In this document: in pieces, positions 10,724-22,991 of the stretch
Layout of the letters: the number at the start of each line of letters is the position of its first letter
Numbering within the stretch: position 1 is the first letter of the stretch
Source: Macrostomum lignano
Lineage: Eukaryota
DNA length: 64,000 bases
Direction: 5' to 3'
NCBI GenBank assembly: GCA_002269645.1
Contig: NIVC01001204.1
Location: 248,001-312,000 of the forward strand
Notes under the pieces: model-generated
The model's database searches: none
What the model was told of the DNA's origin: nothing
Seen by the model: only the letters and a program-made list of their open reading frames with translations
Program-made: the position numbers and the translations under genes

Positions 10724-12924
10724 CCCGCTCCACTGAGATCCAGCAGCCGCAGCACCTGCCGCTGCTCAAATCGCTGTGCCACCTGAGCACACGTCAGACC
10801 CCGACCGTCTCGATGACTCGCATCCGCTCCTCTGTCCATCAGAGCCTTGGCTGCTCGCACGTGACCGGCTTCGCACGCTCGTGACAGAGCAGTCCGACCC
10901 TGATTGTCTTCAGCACGCACTGACGCACCGAGATCGATGAGTTTCTCAATGAGCTCGTGATGACCTGCATCAGCTGCCAGCATGAGAGCAGTGGCTCCAG
11001 TGCGGTCTGGCAGATCGACATGCTGTGTGCTGACTCGCTCATCATTGATCAAGGTGGCAGCAAGAGCGACGTGTCTTTGAGAGATGGAGAGACGGAGCAG
11101 CTGTGTGATGAGAGCTGGCTGCATTCGAGAGAGGGTGTCGGTGAGAACAGAGTTCCTGCCTTCGATGGCCATTGCTGCAGTGAAGCTGAGGATGGAGCTG
11201 GATTGGAAGAGCCAGTCGGGCTTGAGGCCGAGGAAGGCAACGGCATTTTTGTCAAGACAAGAGCACGCCGCGACCGCGTATTGGAAACGGAGATTCATTT
11301 TCTGATCTGGACTTGAAAGACACGAGATGAGGAACTTTGCAGCCTCTAATTGACCATTTCTTGCAGCAGATTCGGCAGCGTCGATGCAACAGCGATCTCT
11401 GATTGCTTTGTCAGCGACTTGTGTCACGAGAAACTTGACGACTTCTAAGTGACCATATCTTGCAGCAGATTTGGCAGCGTCGATGAAGCAGCAATCTCTG
11501 TTTTCTTGGTCAGCGACTTGTGGCACGAGAAACGCAACGACTTCCCACTGACTGTTTCTTGCAGCAGATTCGGCAGCTTCGATGCAGCAGCGATCTCTGT
11601 TTGCTTGGTCAGCGACTTGCTGCACGAGAAACTTGACGACTTCTAAGTGACCATTTCCTGCAGCAGATTCGGCAGCGTCGATGCAGCAATGATCTCTGTT
11701 TTGTTGGTTAGCGATTTGTGGGACGAGAAACTTGACGACTTCTAAGTGACCGTTTCTTGCAGCCAATTTGGCAGCGTTGATGCAGCAGCGATCTCTGTTT
11801 GCTTGGTCAGCGACTTGTGACACGAGAAACTTGACGACTTCTAAGTGACCATTTCCTGCAGCAGATTCGGCAGCGTCGATGCAGCAATGATCTCTGTTTT
11901 TTTGGTTAGCGATTTGTGGGACGAGAAACTTGACGACTTCTAAGTGACCGTTTCTTGCAGCCAATTTGGCAGCGTTGATGCAGCAGCGATCTCTGTTTGC
12001 TTGGTCAGCGACTTGCTGCACGAGAAACTGGACCACTTGCCACTGACTATTTTCTGCAGCAGATACAGCAGCTTCAATGCAGCACTGATCTCTGTTTTGT
12101 TGGTTAGCGATTTGTGGGACGAGAAACTTGACGACTTCTAAGTGACCATGTCTTGCAGCCAATTTGGCAGCGTTGATGCAGCAGCGATCTCTGTTTGCTT
12201 GGTCAGCGACTTGTGACACGAGAAACTTGACGACTTCTAAGTGACCATTTCCTGCAGCAGATTCGGCAGCGTCGATGCAGCAGCGATCTCTGTTTTTTTG
12301 GTCAGCGACTTGTGGGACGAGAAACTTGACGACTTCTAAGTGACCATGTCTTGCAGCCAATTTGGCAGCGTCGATGCAGCAGCGATCTCTGTTTGCTTGG
12401 TCAGCGACTTGTGGGACGAGAAACTTGACGACTTTTAAGCGACCAAGTTTTCCAGCAAATTTAGAAGCTTCGATACAGCAGCGATCTCTGTCCTCTTGGG
12501 CAGCGAATTGTCGTGCAAGAAATTCGACGACTTCTAAGTGACCATGCGTTGAAGCCAATTGAGCAGCGTCAAAGCAGCAGCGATTTCTGTTTGCTTGGTC
12601 AGCGACTTGTGATATGAGATACTTGACGACTTTTAAGCGACCATTTTTTGCAGCAGATTTGGCAGCTTCGATGCAGCCGCTATGTCTGTTTGCCTTGTCA
12701 GCGACTTGTGTCACGAGAAACTTGACGACTTTTAAGTTATCATATATTGCTGCAAGTTTGGTGGCGTCGATGCAGCACTGATCTCTGTTTGGTTGATCAG
12801 TGACTTGCCGCACGAGAAACTTGACGTCTTCTAGGTGACCTTTCATTGCAGCATCTATTGTAGGTTCTACGACTATTAAGTCACCTTTCTGTTCATACCT
12901 TGGAAGGCTTTGGTTTTGGCCCAT
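10724..12924 (-). CDS. ANK-cGLR copy 1, exon 1: 15 variant 33-aa ankyrin-like repeats, spacer, ~3 canonical ankyrin repeats
   Basis: Repeat HLEVVKFLVPQVADQANRDRCCIDAAKLAARNG; canonical repeats DRTGATALMLAADAGH and DNQGRTALSRACEAGH. The ORF's TGA lies inside the donor GG|GTGAGT at 10723 (phase 2). Confidence 0.9.
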
Positions 12925-13077
12925 TTTGCAAGAGAGCCGTATTAAAGTGCAAGCAACACTATAAAGAAGGCGAAACTGGGGGACAGAGGAAGTAACAGGG
13001 GAAGAAAAAGAAGGAGGCAGAGAAAGAAAAAGAAGATTGAGAGAGGGGAAAAGAAAGAAGAGATGGAGAAAGAGAAA

Positions 13078-13377
13078 CGGCTGCTGTCAGAGTGGCAGAT
13101 GTCAGTCACGGCTGCTGTCAGAGCGGCAGATGTCAGTCACGGCTGCTGTCAGAGTGGCAGATGTCAGTCACGGCTGCTGTCAGAGTGGCAGATGTCAGTC
13201 ACGGCTGCTGTCAGAGTGGCAGATGTCAGTCACGGCTGCTGTCAGAGTGGCAGATGTCAGTCACGGCTACTGTCAGAGTGGCAGATGTCAGTCACGGCTG
13301 CTGTCAGAGTGGCAGATGTCAGTCACGGCTGCTGTCAGAGTGGCAGATGTCAGTCACGGCTGCTGTCAGAGCGGCAG
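13078..13377. repeat. 31-bp minisatellite upstream of copy 1, ~10 copies
   Basis: Unit CGGCTGCTGTCAGAGTGGCAGATGTCAGTCA. Confidence 0.95.
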
Positions 13378-13923
13378 GTGTTTCAAAGGTTTGTGCAGCC
13401 GGCTGCCAGAAAGATTTTACCGCCTCATCTCTCAGCTGCCCTCCCTTTTGCAGCCTTTGGCGAGGCCGACCACCCCCGGCCTGAGCAGCCGAAACTTCTC
13501 TCCCGAGCATGAGCGCTGAGTTTGAGCTTGAGGAGGCGGTCAAATGTGCAAGAAATGCTTTGTTAAACTGGGCCAGTTTTCTCTCTCACTCTGCCCACTG
13601 GCCTTCTTAACTGCAGCAGCTGCAGAGCATCGGTTGCATAGCAACAGGGCTCTGGCTCTCTGCCGATTCTCCTATGCTTTCACCTGTTCCTCTCGTGCGC
13701 AGCTCAGGCAGTTGAGAGTCTGCTGGGCTGAGTTTGGCGAGTGCATTTAGCAGCAATAATTAACATTCTTTTGCTTTTTTACAGAAGCCTCTCATCACTG
13801 CCGCTCCTTCTGTTTCAAGTTTTGAACAGGCGGCAACCGGCCCCTGTGGCGAGACTTGGCTTGCAATTGGGCAAGCAGAAACTTCCAAAAGTTGGGGGAG
13901 CAGAGCTGTTTATTCAGATTGCC

Positions 13924-14366
13924 TCACCATCCCTACAGTCACCATCCTTACAGTCACCATCCCTACAGTCACCATCCCTACAGTCACATCCCTACAGTCA
14001 CCATCCCTACAGTCACCATCCTTACAGTCACCATCCCTACAGTCACCATCCCTACAGTCACCATCCCTACAGTCACCATCCCTACAGTCACCATCCCTAC
14101 AGTCACCATCCCTACAGTCACCATCCCTACAGTCACCATCCCTACAGTCACCATCCCTACAGTCACCATCCCTACAGTCACCAACCCTACAGTCACCATC
14201 CCTACATTCACCATCCCTACAGTCAGCATCCCTACAGTCACCATCCCTACAGTCACCATCCCTACAGTCACCAACCCTACAGTCACCATCCCTACAGTCA
14301 GCATCCCTACAGTCACCATCCCTACAGTCACCATCCCTACAGTCACCATCCCTACAGTCCCTACAG
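13924..14366. repeat. 15-bp minisatellite, ~29 copies
   Basis: Unit CAGTCACCATCCCTA. Confidence 0.95.
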
Positions 14367-14724
14367 CCCGGCAAGAGACAGGGGTGCCCGGCAAGAGACA
14401 GGGGAGCCCGGCAAGAGACAGGGGTGCCCGGCAAGAGACAGGGGTGCCCGGCAAGAGACAGGGGTGCCCGGCAAGAGACAGGGGTGCCCGGCAAGAGACA
14501 GGGGTGCCCGGCAAGAGACAGGGGTGCCCGGCAAGAGACAGGGGAGCCCGGCAAAAGACAGGGGAGCCCGGCAAGAGACAGGGGTGCCCGGCAAGAGACA
14601 GGGGTGCCCGGCAAGAGACAGGGGTGCCCGGCAAGAGACAGGGGTGCCCGGCAAGAGACAGGGGTGCCCGGCAAGAGACAGGGGAGCCCGGCAAAAGACA
14701 GGGGAGCCCGGCAAGAGACAGGGG
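14367..14724. repeat. 20-bp minisatellite, ~18 copies
   Basis: Unit CCCGGCAAGAGACAGGGGTG, abutting the 15-bp array. Confidence 0.95.
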
Positions 14725-15673
14725 CGCTCCCAGTCGGATCAGTTAAATTGCAACTGAATTTGAGCAAAGGGTTTGCAAACAGGGACAGAGCAGAGCCAAA
14801 ATTGAAAGCACTGAAAATGCGCTCGCAGTCTCCAACCTTCATCTGGAACAGACTTACCCAGCTCAGCATTCGCAGTGTGATAGGTGTGATAAAGCTTGCA
14901 AAGTGAAAACTGCCTAAGTTCTTGAGTACAATCACCATATACTCGAACTACCCAACCCCCCTTTGACCCCTGTCTCAGATGTAATAAACAAGTCTAGCTA
15001 GCTCCATTTAGCTCTCTACTCAAAACAGACTGAGCACAGCAGTGCTGGTTGCCCCCGGCAACCCGCAAGGGCTGGACAGAGCTCGCCTTTAAACCGCAGG
15101 GAGTTGGCATGCAGAGCGGTGTGCTGGCCTGAGAATAGCGAGCCAGCAGAGATAATTACTGCTTGAGTTTGAGCTGGCCTCTCTAACCACCCGCTCCCCA
15201 CGGCTCAAGACTGCGTTTTTTGTCATAATAAGCCATTGCTATCAACCATTGTTAGCAGGAGTGCAAAACGCAGTGCATTGCTGCGGCCGAGAGCTGGATA
15301 GAAGAGAGATGGGCTGCCAGAGCTTGGCTGCACTTTAATGGTAAACAACTGATGAAGCAATTGAGAGGCTGAGCAACTCAGCCGAAATGCGTCTGCCTGT
15401 CGCCAGAAAATGCATGCACTGTAGCTCGATTCCATGCGATTAGCCTGAGGCAGTTCTCAATCATGAGGGCCAACTTCTCGGGCCATCTGGTGGAATGGAT
15501 CGGTTCTTAATGGAGCCATACCGATTGGTCAGCGTGCGATTCCTTTGTGGAAGCAACAGATATTGAAGTGCACTTGCTTTCGCCAAGTTCAATCAATGAA
15601 CCATTTGGTCAGAAGCTGCATCATAAATATTAGCGAATAAGAATCAGGGAGACAAATCAGGTACCAGACCCTA

Positions 15674-16117
<444 letters not shown>

Positions 16118-16255
16118 TTGGCATCGCAAGCTAGGCCAACCCCCCACAATTTGGGGTTTTGACTTTTCACTAACAAGTTGAGTGCCAGCCCAGCTTGAAA
16201 GGCCGCCACTGCGAAGTAAACAAGCGCCAAACAGCAAAAGTACACAGTGCTCAGA

Positions 16256-19200
16256 ATGTCCCAGTCAATGACAGCTCCTAGCACATCGGAGGTGCCAAGG
16301 ATCAACATCTCGCCACCAGAGCAATTCCTGCCTCAACCGGGACCGCCAACGAGGCCGTGGAGTGAGTGGAAGAGCCTGTTTGACATCTACTTAATGGCGG
16401 CGGGCTTCGACACTCTACCAGACGTGAGAAAGCGAGCCCTGCTTCTGCACTGCCTGGGTGCGGAAGGACAGCGGATCTTCGCAGCGATGCAGCCACCGCC
16501 ATCTCAGAATTCGGATGGTGAAAAGACACCGCTGAGATTCGACGAGACCGTGAAGCTGCTGAAGAAGCAGTTTGGTGGCAAGACCAACGTGGTGGCGGAG
16601 CGCCACAGGTTTCGGCAGCGAGGGCAGCGACCCGGTGAGAAAATCGCTGACTTTGTGGCAGTGCTGTACACGCTGGCCGGCTCGTGCGAGCTCGGCGGCA
16701 TGACGGACGAGATGATTCGCGACCAGATCGTGGAGAAGGTCAGCGACAGGCGGATCAGAGAGCGCCTGCTCATCGAGGACGGCCTGACGCTCAAGACGGC
16801 GGTGACGCTGAGTCAGCAGTGGGAGACCAGCATCGCGGAAGCCAGTGCGATCGATACTGGCGGCGCAGTTGCCATGGCAAGCCGAGGCGAGGCGGAGGTG
16901 AACAAGGTGCAACATCAGTTCGGAAAGTCCAGAGCTCAAGAACGGGCGGCTGCCGGGCGAGAGTCCTGTCCGAACTGCGGAGGCGGCCACAACAGGCGAG
17001 CGCGATGTCCTGCTGAAGGCAAGTCTTGTTATGCCTGTGGCAAGCAGAACCATTTTGGCAGCATGTGCAGGTCGCAGGGCACCAAGGTGGCCCAGGTCGG
17101 AGACGAGAGCAGCCGCGAGGTGTTCACCGTGCGTGGCACGACCAGTCCCGACATCAGGTGCCGGCTGAAGGTCCAGGGCAGCTGGCTGAGCCTGCTGGTT
17201 GACTCGGGCGCGAAAGTGTCCATTCTATCGGAGAGGACCTACCGGAGGCTCGGGTCCAAGGCGCCGCTGCAGCCATCCAACAGGAAGCTCATCGCGTACA
17301 ACGGCAAGGCTATCGACGTGCTGGGACAGGCGGTGCTGTCGGTCAACTACCGCGGGCAGAGTGTGCCGTTCTTCTGCTTCACAGTAGTGCAGCAGGGATC
17401 CGACATCATGGGCACTGATCCGATTCAGCAGCTCAGCTTCCAAGTGGTGGACCGGGACGGCGACCTTGTGCGCACCGTGGACAAGACCAGGCAGCTGCCG
17501 GCCTGGCTGCCAGACCGCTTCGAGCAGCTGACGCGAGGACTCGGCCGGATTCGAGGGTTCGAACACCGGCCCCGAGTGAACCCCGCAGTGCCTCCAGTGG
17601 CGCAGCCTCTCCGCCGGACGCCGCTCAGCCTCAAGGAGAATGTCCAAGCTGAGATCGATCAGCTTCTAGCGGACGGGATCGTCGAGGAGATTCAGGCATC
17701 CGAGTGGATTTCGAATCTGGTGGTCGTCCCAAAGCCTGACGGCAAGATCCGAATCTGCAATGACCTCAGGTGCCCCAACAAGGCAATTGTGCCGGACAAG
17801 CAGCCTCTGCCGACATTCGAGGAGCTGACGACGGAGTTCAAGGGCTCGACGGTTTTCTCAAAACTAGATCTGAACTCATCGTATCTGCAGCTCGAGCTCG
17901 CCGAGGACAGACGCGATATGACGGCCTTCATCACGGAAAAGGGTCTCTATCGGTACAAGCGGGTTTGTTTCGATCTCAACAGCGCTTCGGCAGCTTTCCA
18001 GAAGGTGCTGAGCAAGATTCTGCACGGCTGCTCAGGAACGGTGCACTACATCGACGACATAGTCGTGCACGCTGCCAGTGAGGCTGAGCATCACAAGCGG
18101 CTCACTGCGGTGCTCGACAAGCTGCTGGCCCACGGCGTCACTCTGAACGCATGCAAGTGCCAGTGGGCTGCTGAGTCTGTGCAGTTCCTGGGCTACATCG
18201 TCTCTGCAAGCGGCCTGCGACCGATGCAGTCAAACGTGGACGCTATCGAGCAGGTGCCGGAGCCGAAGAGCGCTGAGGCGGTGGCGGCATTTCTTGGAAT
18301 GGTGAAATTTTATGCGAACTTTCTTCAAAACCTGTCGGATGTCGCCGAGCCGCTGCTGAGGCTGCTGAGGAAAGACGTGCCCTGGGACTGGTCCGCAGAC
18401 TGCCAGAAGGCCTTCACAACGCTCAAGAAGATGGTGCTGGCGCCGACCTGTCTGAGGTTCTTCAGCCCGGATGAGAAGATCATCGTTGCCTGCGACAGCT
18501 CGGCGCACGCTCTGGGCGCCGTTCTGCTTCAAGAAGACGGCGCCGGCGTCCGGAGACCAGTCGCGTTTGCGTCCAGAACCCTGTCAGCGACTGAGCGCAA
18601 GTACTCCGCGTCTAAAAGAGAGGCATTGGCATGCATCTTCGCCTGTGAGAGGTGGCACTATTTCCTGTTCGGCCGAAGATTCGAGCTGCACACGGATCAT
18701 CAGGCGCTGACTACGTTGCTGACGGCTCAGGGCAGCGGCCACCGGCCATTGAGATTGCACCGGTGGGCCGACCGCCTGCTCGCGTATGACTTCCAGGTCT
18801 GCCACGTTCCGGGGAAAAAGAACACCGTTCCGGACTTTTTGTCGCGACACGGCGCCTGCAACGACAGCTTCGAGGAGGACCCGGCAGAGCTCCAAGTGAA
18901 CGCCGTCCTGCTGTCTGGCGCGCTGCGGATCGTGAGCCCAAGCGAACTGGCTGAGGCATCTCTACAGGACCCAGTGATCAGCCAGGCGATCGAGATGACG
19001 CTGGAGGGCTGGCCGAGTTCCATCAAGCAGTTGAGGCCGGAGCTGCAGCCGTTCTGGCGGATCAAGGAACAGCTCACAGTCTGGAATGAAGGCAAGTGCC
19101 TGGCGAATGGGTTGCGCGCGGTGATCCCCGCGTCGTTGAGAGAGAAGACGCTGCAGCTGGCGCACTTTGGGCACCTCGGAGTGAGCAGAATGAAGCAGCA

Positions 19201-20286
19201 CTGCCTGGACTCCGTCTGGTGGCCGCAGATCGACAGCCAAATTGAGGAGTTCGTGCGGCACTGCGAGGCCTGCCTGCTCAGCGAGAAGAACTTTAAGCCA
19301 TCCAAGACGGTGCTGACTCCGACGAAGTGGCCGACGCGACCTTGAGAGGAGCTTCAGCTCGACATCTTCGGGGAGCTGCATTCGGCGCCGAACTCAAGTC
19401 GCTTCATTCTGGTGCTGTAAGACCTGCATTCGAAGTGGCCAGAAGCAGCCTGCATGTCCACAGTGACCACAGCTGACGTGATCGACGCCCTGACGACGTG
19501 GTTCAGCCGCTGGGAACTCCCAAAGAGCATCAACACGGACGGCGGGCCGCAGTTCATGTCCGGTGACTTCAAAGACTTCCTCCAGCGCTGCGGCATCCAG
19601 CACCGCCAGTCGCCGCACTACCACCCGCAAGGTAACGCTGCGGTCGAGCGCTTCAACCGGTTTCTGAAAGACGGCCTGAAGACGCACCTGCAGGACGGCT
19701 ACGGTTTCAAAGACGCGGTGAGGGCGCTGCTGTGGTCATACCGGGCCACCCCGCACGCACTGACGGGGGTGTCACCGGCGGAGCTGATGAGCCGGAAAAT
19801 CAGCACCCCGCTGACTGCACTGCAGCGAAGGACACCATCGCAGCACAACCTGGCAGGCAGCATCAGGCAGAAGCAGCAGAGAGTCTTTAGCAAGCTCAAC
19901 TCGGCCAGGAGGCCTCCGCCGGGGTTCAAGGTCGGCGACTGGGTGCGCGTGAGGCGGCCGTTCGCGCGTGGCAAGCTGAGCAGCCGGCTGTCCGAGCCAC
20001 TGGAGATCTCGAGAATCGCGAGCGCCACCACAGTGATCCTCAGTGACGGCTCTCGGTGGCACGTCGACAACTCGACAACTGCGTGCGGGTGGAGCGGCCG
20101 GCGGGAGCGCTGCCGCAGTGGCCCGCGCCAGCCGCCACGACCGCTCCGACACCCGCGGCGGCGGCGGGAGCGGCGGCGGAGGCGGCCAAAGAGCTGCCGC
20201 CGCATCAAGGAGCACCGACGGCAATTCGAGCGAGTGTGAGGAGTCGGGCTCCACCGCAGTGGTACGAGGATGTGGTGACTCATTGA
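16256..20286 (+). pseudogene. Gypsy gag-pol (gag, CCHC knuckle, protease, RT, RNase H, integrase), disrupted
   Basis: CYACGKQNH zinc knuckle, LLVDSGA protease, HYIDDIV RT, ACDSS..HTDHQAL RNase H, HCEAC and NTDGGPQF integrase. In-frame stops at 19343-19345 (TGA, likely from TGG) and ~19418 (TAA, likely from CAA). An 8-bp duplication (TCGACAAC) near 20063-20078 shifts the C-terminus. Confidence 0.93.
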
Positions 20287-20508
20287 TTGCAATGACTGAA
20301 AAGGACTTTTGAGTTGCAAGCCTTTGGTTTTCGAGTTTTCTATTTGAGGGTTTTGAAATTGGAACTTAATGTCGAACTCTTTCAAATATTTTAATCCGAT
20401 ATCAAAGAAATATTTCATTCTTAATATTCATGTCTGTTTTATTGCTCTTGAATATGTAATCGATTTTCGAATATTTCATCGACAAGGCAACTCGTTCGCG
20501 AGGGAGAG

Positions 20509-20681
20509 TGAATTTTGTGTAGTTGGTTTGCGGATATGTACGTCTGCTATGTACATCTGTTTTCCGATATTGATCTGTCGCAGCTAAATGAATATATAAG
20601 TATAAATATACCAGTCGGTAGGCCAACTTGGGCTAAGTTCGTGTGTACACCTAAATTCAGTCTGACTTTCTCAACACAACA
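20509..20681 (+). repeat. 3' LTR of Gypsy element (173 bp)
   Basis: Follows the polypurine tract and carries an extra AATT after the initial TG relative to the 5' LTR. Confidence 0.95.
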
Positions 20682-20727
20682 CCTTCCTGGCTTCCTGGCT
20701 TCCTGGGCCTTCCTGGCTGGTCCTTTG

Positions 20728-21787
20728 CTTGCGAACAACACCAAGACAAACCGCATGCTGATAATCAAGAGGAAAAGACGTAACGAAATCTATGCTCGGC
20801 AAATCCAGTAGCGGAGAACGAATCCTGCTTTTTGTTTCCTGGTTCCTCTCCATCCCCGCGCGATAGATCTTTGCGCAGCGGCTTTCTCCAGCCGTCAGTG
20901 CATAAGTCACACGGTTTGCAACACGAGGCCCTACCGCTCGGCAATAGCTGCAGCCATGATAGGAGTTGTGATTCAAGGTTGCCATTAAAAATGCTCGGGC
21001 GGGGGCTTCGCAAACGAAATAAATTGTTGATAGAGTAATGGAGACGTCTTTACTAATTGTGACAGGACCAGAAAGAAATTTTGTAGCCTCTTGGCAAAAT
21101 TCTTGAAGGTAGGGCAAAAGTGGTGGCCCAAACTCCCACCGGAAAAGGCTTTGCGAATGCGCCAGGAATTTTCATTAAAATAGGCCACAGTCCGAATCCA
21201 CTGGAATGGTAGAGTGGTAAACCATCGCAATTGACGATTCCTTCGAACTTAAACACTTTAGGAGTGGAACTTTGATCATCACGGTGCTCATTCTCGGGCA
21301 TCAGTCGCAGCAGACCTTGGCTGAGCAGCAACTGTAGATTATCGAGAATCGACACATACCGGAAGTGTCCATTGCCCATTGGAGTTGTCTTTCCAGTGGG
21401 TTGATCTTCTTTCAGAATTCGCTCGACTGTTTTATAGTTAGGTGCTGGAAAATCAATCGCACGAAGTCCGGCCAGTAGGAAAATAGCCGCTGGTCTGGAA
21501 TAGCCAAAGATGGTGAAGAAACTGACCAGCAAGTCCAGCAGTTTCTTCTCTGTTGAGCGAATATCCTGGGGTTTCTCTTCCTCTTCATCGTCAGTGCTGC
21601 TCAGCGACCGAAGCTCATCAAAGCCAGCTTCTTCTTCCTCAACTTCAGCAGTTTCCGTCGGCTCCTCCATGACATCAACTTCTACAGGGCTAGCTTCAGG
21701 CATTGCTTTACCATAGCCGACATCGTCTCGGAGAAACCTAGTCATTAGGAAATCATCCGCTCTTCTTCGCTTGCTCCTTGATGCCAT
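20728..21787 (-). pseudogene. CACTA/EnSpm-like (CMC) transposase, frameshifted and 3'-truncated
   Basis: Motifs NCDGLPLYHSSGFGLWPIL, FVCEAPARAF...HNSYHGCSYC and SPLLDLPSIDFVTSFPLDYQHAVCLGVVRK are typical of animal EnSpm/Tnp2 transposases. Frameshift near 21120. No TIRs identified. Confidence 0.75.
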
Positions 21788-22121
21788 GACGTATAATTAC
21801 GTTTCCGTTTCGTCCAATAATGTTTTAAATAAATAAGTCAAATTTGAATTATCAAGAATTTCTAATAAAATTGTGCGATTAACAATACACACACTCTGCC
21901 ATCGCCCGCACTGAGCGCTTGGCCAATCCAGCGAAAGGGCGGGCCAACCGCAATCGGATCCCATTGGCTAATTTGCTGAGGGTTGCCACTGCCACTCCGA
22001 TATTTGAAACTATGACTGTCTTATTAACTTCCAACTGCTCTACTACCTTCCCCCGTGCAATTGTCGTGCGATCTGGGTGCTTTGTCAATCCAAAAAATAA
22101 AACCATTTTTAAGTTTTAAAA

Positions 22122-22916
22122 ATGAAATTTTTAGTTGTTTTTGCAATTGACAGACAAGTAATTGAGATGATGGAAGAGGAGGTAATTCTGCCTTCACATC
22201 TAAAAAATCTGACGGAGCAGGAGTGGCTCGATAGGAGCCACTGTACATTAAAATGGAAATGTGAAGTGCTGTACAACGAAAAGTATTACGAAGCTTACAT
22301 TGTTCAGGTAAGAATTTAACAATGTGTTATTGACTTTCTGATTTTCGGTGATTTTTAAAAAATGAACTAATGAAGTTGATGCCCAAAAATTCAAGAAATA
22401 AACTACAAATCATTTTAGGTTATTATGGAAGACTGTCTGGAGGCCAGCAGCTTCAGCTACGCAAGAGAATTAATTAGGAAGAAGAAACGGCTAGCCGATG
22501 TACTAGAGAAAGTGCAGCCACGCGTCTTTACCCGCGAAGATTGGAGAAGGGCCCGCAGCCGTTATCAAATAAGGGTAAGCTGTTATTCCATGTCAACTAA
22601 TGGGTCTGTATTTGGGTGTGTCTGTGGATGAGTGGTTCAGTAAGTAGTTTGCCTTCCACATCCTTCTATTTAGAATGAGGCAACTGGATCAGCCTCAAAC
22701 ACGGATGATTTCTTTCAAAGCGATCCGGAGTCTGATGCTGAATTTGTTGCCACGACGAATTCGACGATTTTGAAAGGCTCTGCATTGCCGCCACTTCCAC
22801 CGGCATTTGCTGCTGCTAAAAACGCAAAGACCCCAGCAGCGGTGGTGGCAGCGAAAGAGATCGAAGCCTCTAAAAGTGCGGCCTCCACAGCCGCAGCTGC
22901 GGAGGACTTGACTTAG
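22122..22916 (+). CDS. Three-exon accessory (TnpA-like) gene divergent from the transposase, cut by the LINE; join(22122..22307,22419..22574,22674..22916)
   Basis: Two GT-AG introns (CAG|GTAAGA...TTTTAG|, AGG|GTAAGC...TTTAG|), both phase 0, give one open frame starting MKFLVVFAID. It runs into the LINE 3' end at ~22905. Function unknown. Confidence 0.6.
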
Positions 22917-22991
22917 CTGCAGGGCGGTCCGAAGACGCAGCGGGGAGGCGAGCGTCGCCCATTCCGCTAATCCCTGAAAGACCCGCATAGG

